DNA of 64,000 bases. It comes from Plasmodiophora brassicae. Taxonomy: Eukaryota. Positions within the stretch are counted from its first letter, which is position 1. Each line of letters starts with the position of its first letter. The stretch is taken from assembly GCA_036867785.1 (NCBI GenBank), contig CP145414.1:1364001-1428000 (forward strand), written 5' to 3'. The position numbers and the translations under genes were made by a program. The notes below the pieces were generated by a model, which saw only the letters and a program-made list of their open reading frames with translations, had not been told where the DNA came from and did no database searches. This document shows positions 1 to 9,555 of the stretch, piece after piece.

Positions 1-830
1 ATAGACGCCTGTGAAAGGACACGACCTAGTCAGGGCAGGCGCGTTTGCACCGGCTGACAGGGACGCGATGCCGTGTTACAGATATCTTAGTGCTGGCAGG
101 CCCTTGAAGGTTCCGGCCGCCAATCGTGAAACCTGGTTCCCCGAGAGCTCACTGTGCACGCCCACAGTCAGAGCACGTCTGGGACGACCGGCCGATGATG
201 CATACAGATGAGACAGCAGCGACATGCCCTCGAAGACACCGTCCGGTACGACCGACAGCGAATTGTTCTGCAGGCATCTGTGGTCTAGTCAGACAGTCGC
301 ATTGGACGATGCGGAGGTGGTGGTGATGGTGGTGACGGAATTACAGCTCCTCCAACGACGACAACAGCCCAGTGAACGTGCCCTTCTCGATCGTCGAGAT
401 CCAGTTACACTTTAGATCGCTGCTAATCAATCAGACAACCGCAGGCGACCCACAGGCAGGGCACATTGGCAAGAATACAGTATCATCAGAGACGGCAATC
501 CCTCGAACGCGCCGGGCGCTATCGTCGAGATGCGATTGTCGCAGAGGAGCCTGAACGGCCATCGTCAAACAGTGTCACGCTGGCTGTCCACGCGCAGGAG
601 GACACGTACAGCACCTCAACCATCGAGAACCGTTCGAATACGCGCTTCCCCTGAATGGATTCGATGCGGTTTCTGTTGAGGTACCTGTGCGATCCCATCA
701 TTCAGGAGCGGCGTCCCCATACGTGTACCACACATTGCGCATAGTGAGGATCACTACCGTACAGGTCGAGTACGGTCGTGTTTGGTGGCAGGGTCGAGAA
801 CCACTCCTGGCGCAGCGTGCCCCAGATCGA
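1..830 (-). CDS. Leucine-rich-repeat protein (partial; runs off window start), about one 24-25 aa LRR per exon
   Basis: Successive ~72-75 nt exons between GT-AG introns translate as YLNRNRIESIQGKRVFERFSMVEVL, LLCDNRISTIAPGAFEGLPSLMIL, DLKCNWISTIEKGTFTGLLSSLEEL, CLQNNSLSVVPDGVFEGMSLLSHL and ELSGNQVSRLAAGTFKGLPALRYL, matching the LxxNxIxxIxxxxFxGLxxLxxL consensus. An upstream exon reads LPPNTTVLDL. Confidence 0.85.
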
Positions 831-945
831 CAAAAAGGTTGGAGCACCCAATATTTGGTACGTCACACCTAGAGCCTGGGATGCAACACCCAGACTTTGT
901 CACTTTTCACCCAAACAGGTCACAGGGTGTCGAATTGGGATTCAG

Positions 946-1113
946 CACCCAGAAACTGGTGCACTCCACCCAAAACCTGGGATACTCCACCCAGAGACGG
1001 GAGCACTCCACCCAGGGACTGGTGTATTCCACCCAGAGACTGGGTCATTCCACCCGGAGACTGGTGCTGTCGACCCAGAGACTGGTACGCTCTACCAAGA
1101 GACTGGCGCACTC
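946..1113 (+). repeat. Tandem array of 8 x 21-bp degenerate units (consensus CACCCAGAGACTGGTNNNNTC; HPETGxL if translated)
   Basis: Units read directly at 946, 967, 988, 1009, 1030, 1051, 1072 and 1093. Confidence 0.95.
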
Positions 1114-1237
1114 AACCTTAGCCTATGTGGCAAAGTGCGTAGACTTCACATTCCGCACACGCGGAGCGTTGCGGCTCCAAACTCAACCGTCGGCGTCGTG
1201 TAGGTCACCAGCTGTTTGGCGATTGGCCCTAGTTGCA

Positions 1238-1587
1238 CAACCTTCCGATACCCGGCCAAGTAGCTCCTGTCGGGCAGTTCGTTAATCGAGCCCCTCCGGC
1301 CGGCACCCGTGGGCGTCGTGGCCAGCGGCGTGCAGCTCGCTGACAATATGGTTGCATTGTATTACTCGATATCTAGTGCACCGCCCAGCATCCTTGGGCG
1401 CCCAGGTCCGGGCAGATAACCTTGCGGTCTAGCCCGGACCTCTTCTTGTGCTGGTACACCTCGTCCACCGCCACGAGGTCCCTGCCCGGCACGACGCTGG
1501 CCACGACGCCCGCGGTTGGGCGCCGGCCGGGGGGCACGATTAACAAACCGTCCGACAGGAGCTACTTGGCCGGGTATCGGAAGGTTG
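1238..1587. repeat. Inverted repeat: 1238-1327 versus 1495-1587
   Basis: 1238-1273 (CAACCTTCCGATACCCGGCCAAGTAGCTCCTGTCGG) is the exact reverse complement of 1552-1587. Imperfect similarity extends to about 90 bp. Confidence 0.92.
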
Positions 1588-2650
1588 GACTTCTTGAGAG
1601 CAGCAACGATATGCACACAGAATCCAAATTTGTGAGCCAACGCACAGGGGCACCTGTGCGCCGCTACATCGACTCGCCAACCTTCGACCGGCATATCGGC
1701 ACGTTCGAAGTGCTCGTAATGCTTCATAGCACCGCGTAGGACTATCTGCCTCCAACGCGCATCAGAACAGTCCGCCATGTCGCGTTCATTGAAGTCCTAC
1801 CATATCATTTACGAAATCAGCTCACTGTTCAATCACAGACCTAAGACGACTTACGTCGTGCGCTGCAAATGGGCGCTGATGTACGAGAACACTACCGTCG
1901 GGACCGCGGCGGATGTCGAACACGCCGGCGCGGTCAAGGGATGCCCAATGACTGAGCATCGTCTTGCTCGGCGCGAAATCTGCCGCAAACTGTACAGGCA
2001 ATTGCGACTTGACATGAATCAGATTCGCGGCAGCCCGGATCCACATGGGAATGTGGAGGCGCTTCCTTTCCGTCGCATCCTACATAATGCATATTAGTTA
2101 TTGTATTTGCTTACGAGAGTGGCCAGCCATTACCTTTTTAAACTCGCCGTTGAATTGCTCAACGCCATTGTTCGTTGAGCATACACCGACGCTCGTATGG
2201 CATAAGGACCATCGCCAGAATACGCTGCCCGTGTTTCCAAGTTGTGGAATTTCCGGGCACCAAGTGTTCAGGAAGTAGGTGGCAAACCGATCACCGGCGT
2301 CGCCCCACGTGCGCCATACGTTCGTGGTTCGGACGACCTTCTCAACGAAGACGTGCAGGACAAACGTGAAATGCATGTCGTAGATATCGTGCAGCACTTG
2401 CGATATCTGGCGAAACGAAAGCCCGGTGCGTTTTTTCCAAACCTATAGAGATTACAATAAGTCTTCGTAAACGTTCACATCGGAAACCGGTATTTACGTT
2501 CGTCAGTAGGTGGAAGAAACACATCAGGTACTCTGTTTCATTGCCGAATACAGCTTCAACCGCGTTGTACTGCGCTCGATCCCCATCCCCCATAACAAAA
2601 TCAGGAGCGAAATTGCTGCCACTGTTGCTCCACGCGCGAAGACGACAACT
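1362..2650 (-). mobile_element. Mutator-like (MULE) transposase with SWIM zinc finger, 3' half, spliced; N-terminal part absent
   Basis: MULE motifs FAPDFVMGDGDRAQYNAVEAVF..YLMCFFH and WRW...STNNGVEQFNGEFKK, plus SWIM-like CPCALAHKFGFCVH. Frame changes coincide with GT-AG introns (LLTN|VWKK at ~2446-2497; FKK|DATERKRL at ~2080-2133). No terminal inverted repeats or TSD were identified by eye. Confidence 0.85.
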
Positions 2651-3049
2651 CATCGTCGGGAATGGTCAGCGTCTGCCCGATCGTCCAGCAGACGCTGTCG
2701 ATGATGCCGTCCGGCGCTTGCAAGTAGTACAGGGCGGGCAACAACTGCAGCAATGTCGCATGCTCGAAGCGGTTCGGTGCGACGACGTCACAGCCCAGCA
2801 GGTCGACCAGCTGGTCGAATACGTACGCACACGGGTCAGTGCGAACCCGTTTCCAGGACGCGATCAACGACATACCGGGTCCAGCAGGTTCTCGTCCAGC
2901 GGGACACGGACGCTGACGTTGCCGTCTGTGTCGACGCCGAAATCAATCATGCCCTGTATATACGCCGATCTCTGGACGACGTCGCTGGTGATGCGACGAC
3001 GGGCGCCACTGCTGTCCACCAGGTATACGACGTCGCTGGGGCAGGCCAT
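2601..3049 (-). CDS. Skp1/BTB-POZ-like small protein (2 exons)
   Basis: MACPSDVVYLVDSSG..ITSDVVQRSAYIQGMIDFG..VPLDENLLDP, then an intron at ~2811-2876 (GTATGT..CACTGAC..CAG), then LVDLL..LLQLLPALYYLQAPDGIIDSVCWTIGQTL. These resemble the Skp1 POZ region and the LILAANYLNI..LLDLTCKTVA helix. Confidence 0.6.
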
Positions 3050-3677
3050 TATTCTTGACGGGCTGTGGGTTGTGGCCCCGGACGGCAAGGCCGTAGGCTC
3101 CGGCCGTCCCATTCTCGCCCAATCACTTCCGCATCGTCTGGCCTTTCATTAGTTTGGCACGCTCGAGATGGTCACCTCGCCTACGTTAATTTGCGCCTCC
3201 GACAGCGCCGCTGTCGTGGCATAGCCTTCTATAGGCGCGTTCCCAAGAGTTAGGATCGAAGCCCATCCGAGGTTTGTCCCTTCACCAAAAGCAAGCGCTG
3301 ATCATTCCCTCGCAGTACGTCGCGAGCATGTCGTGACAGTGACTTATATGTATAGCGATCTACCCGGACGGTGGCCTGTTGTCGGTGTCGGCGGCTTCGA
3401 GGGACGTCCGTGTCGGCAGCCTCCGTCCGGTCCCAGACCACTTGGACAAACGACGTCTTTTAGCTTGTCGCCGTAGACTTCAAACATGTCGTATGACAGG
3501 CATGTACTGGGGTCACATGACAGCGCATTTGGACGAAATATCGTATTTCAAGAGGCCTGAAAATCCGCCAGCACTGCACCGCTCGCCCGTTGCCGACAGT
3601 CCCGCACCGCCGCGCCGGGTCATCACTGCGATTTTGGGCAGCGGTCAGCATAGTGCAGTTCATCGGCGGGCATCGGC

Positions 3678-5410
3678 ATGGCGCGTCGTACGTTGGCGGA
3701 GGAGATGCGGTACTTGACGTTGGCCGCCGAGGGGCAGGTCCGCAATCTGATCCATCGGGAGTTCGCGCCCAACATGCGCGTGCCGGGCGTGTTCTTCGCG
3801 AACGACGTCATCCGGCAGGCGCTGCTGGATGAACTGAAGAGCCAGAGCGAGGGGCGCCGTGGCGGGTTCTTGCCCGCCATTCGACAGATTGCCAATGTCG
3901 CCTCCCTCCCTGGTATTGTCGGGCATTCGATCGGCCTACCGGATTGCCATGCTGGATACGGGTTCGCTATCGGGAACGTTGCCGCAATGGACATGAGCGA
4001 CCCGGAAGCAGTAGTGTCACCGGGCGGCGTGGGATTCGGTCCGTGTGTGCTATGTGCACGTTTGTACGGTGGCCAACTTAGTGTTTGCTGAAAGATATCT
4101 GCTGTGGGGTTCGCCTGATACGGACGGATCTGACCGTTGAAGACATACTCCCCCTGAAGGAGAAGCTCGTGCAGCGAATCATGGACCTGGTGCCGACAGG
4201 CGTCGGTGGCAAGGGTCCCATGACCTTGTGCAACATGGAGTTTGACGAGGTGCTGGAGACCGGAATGGCCTGGTCTGTCAAGCAAGGGCACGCGACGGAG
4301 GAAGACCGGGACCATATAGAAGAACGCGGGTGCATTGCAGGAGCGAACGCGTGCAACGTTTCGAAACGGGCGAAGGAGCGTGGAAGGTCTCACATTGGAA
4401 CGCTCGGTGCGGGTAACCACTACATTGAGGTTCAGCGGGTCGACCAGATCTTCGACCATGAAGTGGCTGAAACTATGCGGTTTGCAATCGTACACGGGCT
4501 GTATCACATCGTCTCTGACGTGTGTATCCCCAGCATTGGAAATCTCGGCCAAATCTGCATTATGATCCACACAGGGTCTCGTGGCCTAGGTCGTTCCGCC
4601 GCGATAATCTTTAGGCTCGGGTCTGATACGGGTCTGCAGGTCACCAGGTTTGCACGGATGCACTGGAGACAATGAAGACCGTGAAACGGGATTACGCGTT
4701 GAACGACAAGCAGCTGATGTGTGCCCCGATCCGGTCCAAAGTTGGACAGGAATACTTGGTTGTGCTTGCAACGTTTCCGGTGCCATTGCTGAATTACTGA
4801 TACTGCATGGTAGTCGGCACTGGCGTGCGCCAGCAATTTCGCATTCGTCAACCGATCGGCAATCACATCCATGGTGCGACGAGCATTTGCGTCCATATTC
4901 AATCGGTCGCCGGATGACCTCGGCATGCATGTCGTGTACGATGTCGCCCACAACACCGCCAAGGTCGAAGCGCACGAAGTCGAGGGGAAACAGAAGAAGC
5001 TGCTTGTCCACCGGAAAGGTGCAACACGCGCGTTCCCGCCGAGGCACCCCGACATCCCGGAGCGGTACCAGGCAGTCGGGCAGCCCGTCCTGGTTGGTGG
5101 CTCAATGGGAACCGCATCGCATGTCCTCGTCGGCACCGAGGCTGGTATGTCGGCCACCTTTGGGAGCACCTGCCACGGTGCAGGGCGCCTCATCAGCAGG
5201 CAAAGCGCTCGCAATACGATTCGGCCAAAGGACACATTGGCGCGGCTAAAGGACTACGGGGTCTCCATTCGAGTCGGCAATCCGAAGCTCCTGCAAGAAG
5301 AGGACTCCCAATCGTACAAGGACGTCGACGAGGTCGTTGCCACGTGCGAGTCGGCCCAGATATCAAACCGTGTTGTCCGCCTGGTCCCGATGGCAGTCAC
5401 GAAAGGCTGA
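3678..5410 (+). CDS. RTCB: RNA-splicing ligase RtcB (eukaryotic type), multi-exon
   Basis: [90 protein letters not shown] and terminal KG*. Confidence 0.97.
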
Positions 5411-5515
5411 CAGTTTGTTGATACAGAATCCCGAGTTCATCCGTCACCATTGTCGATGATGCCGGTGCTGACGTCTAGTGCTGTTACTCGAAGGCCCAGG
5501 CGCCGCTTCGCCCGC

Positions 5516-6123
5516 ATGGTATCGACCAGCACAATGAAGGGTCTCCACGGGACGTTAGACGGGCAGCAATTCGAGTGTATAACCCCTGGTCGCCGGTAGG
5601 CACATATATGATGCACTAATACGCTGCCACAGATTTGCCACACACGGCGGACGTACAATTCCACGCGTGGGGATCGTCCCTAAAAGAACTCTTTGAACAG
5701 ATGGGCTACTGCATGTTCCACTACCTGACCGACTTGACCACAGTCGATATCGACGACTCGTATGACTGGCTCCTTGAGGTCCGCGTTTACCCTCATGCCC
5801 CGGGTGATTCCTGCCTAAGGTCTCAATGACAGGTCACGGGTGACGACGACGAAGATGCGCTGTACAAGTTCCTCGACGAGCTCCTGTTCCAGTTCAACAC
5901 CGGCAACGAAATCGTCGCTCGTCAAATCCACGTCCTCGACATTGAGCACACCGACCAGAAACGACAAAACACGACCGTACGCGCCATCGTCAAAGGCGAA
6001 CCGTTCAACCGCAGCAAGCACCCGCTTGGCACTGACATCAAGGCCATCACCTACGAAGAGCTCCGCATCTACACGAGCACAGACGGCTGCCAGTATGATG
6101 CCTACGTCATCGTCGACATATGA
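5516..6123 (+). CDS. Archease (RtcB guanylylation cofactor), 3 exons; not captured by the ORF track as a whole
   Basis: Spliced translation FE(Y)LPHTADVQFHAWGSSLKELFEQ..|VTGDDDEDALYKFLDELLFQF..VKGEPFNRSKHPLGTDIKAITYEEL..YVIVDI*. Carries the archease hallmarks HTAD, (V/I)KAITY and C-terminal DI. Confidence 0.95.
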
Positions 6124-6344
6124 CTCCCCCCGGCATCGACCCATAAACGCTGCACGAATGATGCAGCGCGCCTGATTGCGTGCGAACAGCGTCCGTCTAC
6201 CCGGTACCGACAGTCCTCACTCGCGATGCGGGTTGGTGGAAAAAACTCGCCACGCCGCCGTTGCTCTCGCGCACATCTGACCGTCGAGCGGATTCCCACA
6301 GCCGGCGTCGCGGGCGTTGTTGGCGGGCCGGTCCGTGCGTCGCC

Positions 6345-9130
6345 ATGGCGAGGTTCGCGAACTTTGCCGGCAAGAGCGAATTCGTGTTCCAGGCGATGAT
6401 TCTGGCGTGCGTCTATGTGCTCGGTCCGCGTGCGCGTTCGCTCGGTGTCGGTTGCGGGCGATTTGACGCGGGCTTGCGCAGCGTTCTGCGTTCGACTGTT
6501 CAGCGTCTTGCGCCACGAGAGCGTCATTCACGAGTTCGACCCGTGGTTCAACTTCCGCACGACTAAGTACCTGGTCAAGGAGGGATTCTATGAGTTCCAT
6601 AACTGGTTCGACGAGATGACCTGGTATCCATATGGGCGGTATATTGGCGGGACGGTTTATCCAGGTACGCCCCGTATCCTATTTTCTTCAAACGTTGTTC
6701 ACGACACGCGCGATACCATGCAGGTCTGATGTGGACGGCCGCCCTGGTGTACAAGGTGCTGCACGGTCTCAACCTGCCGGTCGACATCCGCAACGTGTGT
6801 GTGCTGTTGGCACCTTGGATGGCCGGGAACACGTCAATCGTGACGTACCTGCTGACCAAGCAGGCCTGGACGTCGGCAGCGGGGCTCGTCGCCGCCGCAT
6901 TTATGTCGTTGGCGCCTGGGTATTGATATTACGTATGCTCACTTCCTGCTGCTCGTTGACGAACGAACGGCATCCCCTAGTTATATATCCCGCTCCGTTG
7001 CCGGGTCGTACGACAACGAGGCCGTTGCGATTTTCGCCATGGTTTGCACGTTCTGGCTGTGGCTAAAAGCCCTGGATACCGGGTCGATGCTCTGGTCAGC
7101 AGCGTGCGCCGTGTCCTACTTCTACATGGTTGCCGCATGGGGTGGCTACGTGTTCATCTGGAACATTATTGCTGTCCATGCGTTCGTGCTAGGTGCGCTC
7201 TGCGCCTGGCTTCGTCGCTGTGCAGTTTCTGACACATGGTGCCCCTCTGCAGTTATCTGTGGGCGATACTCGCACCGCCTCTACGTATCGTACTGTACAT
7301 GGTTCGTCCTCGGGCTGCTGATGTCTATGCAAGGTCTTTGCGTAGCTGTTCATTGCTCCGGGTTGTCCTCACACACGTTTCAGTTATGTTCGTGAGCTTC
7401 CAGCCGGTCACGTCGCCTGAACACATGCCGTCAGCGGGCGTGTTCTGCCTGCTTCAAATCTACGCCTTCTTGCGGTACATCCACGCGCACGTTACGCCCA
7501 AGCAGGTCAGCTCCCATTACGGCTATGCTGTTTGCTCCTGCCGACCTGCGTCGTTGTGTCTGTTCAGTTCCGTGTCATTGTTCGTCTTGGTGTCCTTACT
7601 GTACTCGCCATCATCGGTTTCGTTCTCTTCCTGGCGGTGACCGGGACAGTTCCATTCCTGACCGGCCGCCTGAAATCCCTGATGGGCGCCACGTCAAATA
7701 TCGCGATTGTGAAGAGTGTGTCTGAGCACCAACCTACGAAATGGCTGACGTTCTTCCTCGACCTGCATATGATGGTTGCGTTCGCTCCTGTCGGCATGTA
7801 CTGTATGTTGCCGATCCGGTGTCGCCTGGTGCCTCTGCTGATTGTGTGTTTCGCGCAGACGTTTTCTGGTCAGTGTCGGATACCAACTTGTTCCTTGTCC
7901 TCTACATGCTGTTCAGTGGATACTTCGCCTCCATCATGATTCGTCTCATGCTCGTCATCTCGCCCATTGCGTGTGTCCTCGCGGGGATTGGCGTATCGGA
8001 GACCCTTCTGACCTTCTCGCACATTCTTACCATGCCTGCGTCTGGCGACAAGGGGGCGTCTAGCCGTGCGTCACCAGAACCGAAACGCCCGTACCATTCG
8101 TCGCAAGAGGAGCAGCGAACCTGGTACCGTCAGACCAAAGTCAAATCGATCCCTGCGCCGATTTGCATCGGCGTGCTCGCGTTCTTCATGTTCATGTTCG
8201 CCTTCTTCGTTCCGCATTGTAGCTATATGACAGCGAACATGTACTCGTCGCCACAGGTACAGCCGAATGCGAGCTCAGAGCACAATTTGCCCATTCTGAA
8301 CGCATGAATGTTAGGTTGTGCTCTCCGCCAAGGCGGGCGATCAGCTCATCATCTTCGATGACTTCCGCGAGGCGTACCAATGGCTGAACCACAATACGGA
8401 GGACGACGCCAAAATTCTCAGCTGGTGGGACTACGGCTACCAGATCACGGGAATGGGCAACCGAAGGTAAACCCGTTGGACGAGCGTAGCGCTGTTCGTC
8501 TCCTCCTCACTGGTCAAATTGCAGCGTCATCGTGGACAACAACACGCGGAACAACACCCATATTGCGACGGTTGGTTTGGTCATGGCCTCCAATGAAGAG
8601 CGCGCTATCGATGTGATCCGTTCCTTGGACGTGAAGTACCTGTTGGGTACGTTGTGTCTGCCCGTTCCGTAAAGGACAACCTGACAGAAGTGTTAGTCGT
8701 CTTTGGCGGCATGGTCGGGTTCTCTTCAGACGACATCAACAAGTTCCTGTGGATGGTTCGGATCTCTGGCGGCGTTTACCCAGAGGTACGTCGCGCGTCA
8801 GGGTGCAACTCTCCCAGTTGTTGTTGTTGTTGCAGGCTGACGTTTCGTTCCGACCAGGTGGTCGAGACGGACTACTTCAACAGCCGTGGCGAGTACCGCA
8901 TCGACCACACGGTGTCGGACCGGATGAAGAATTCGCTCATGTACCAGATGTGCTACTACCGTTTCGGCGACGTGAAGGTCCAGTGGGGCCAAGAAGGCGG
9001 CTTCGACCGGGTCCGCAACGCCGTTATTGGGCACAAGGACATCAAGTTCCGCTACCTGGAAGAGGCGTTCACCAGTGAGCACTGGATGGTTCGCATATAC
9101 CGCGTCAAGGAGCCGGACAACATTGCCTAA
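6345..9130 (+). CDS. STT3: Oligosaccharyltransferase catalytic subunit STT3, multi-exon
   Basis: [63 protein letters not shown] and [15 protein letters not shown]. Confidence 0.97.
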
Positions 9131-9555
9131 CTTGGCGCGGCGCGGGGCGGCTGACGCCCTACACCGCCCCGGAACGTGATGTCAAAGTGAACACGTCATC
9201 TTCTTCACTGATTGGCACCCCTGCGTTTAACGTGTATCCCGCCGTCTGCCGGGACAGTGTTGACATGCGTCCCTGTTCCTACCTGGAGACACGCTCTGGC
9301 GTCGTTCATTGCTATTCCTTCAGGGGGGCTGCAGAGCAGTGCTGGGTCGTTCGACGAAACAGTGGCTTCGACAGCATGGTGCCTGCGTCCCGTGGGGACG
9401 GAATCGCAAGCCGACAACCGTCGGTGGCCGTCGGTAGGTCCCGGTCGCGCGAGGCTGAGTCTTGTCTGCCCATAACAGCGCCCGATCGCGTCTCTGTACG
9501 CTGCCGTACCCGCGTTAAGAGTGCACGACTAGCATTGCATGTGGCCGACGGGCGC

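Noticed and set aside
946-1113. Possible CRISPR-like array
   Set aside because: Units are contiguous with no unique spacers, there are no cas genes, and the context is eukaryotic.
3150-3560. Short ORFs and a possible transposon terminus upstream of the Skp1-like gene
   Set aside because: No TIR partner or TSD could be matched by eye, and no recognisable protein motif.
3678-9130. RtcB-archease-STT3 as an ER-stress/UPR cluster
   Set aside because: STT3 adjacency is readily explained by high gene density. Nothing in the sequence supports co-regulation.
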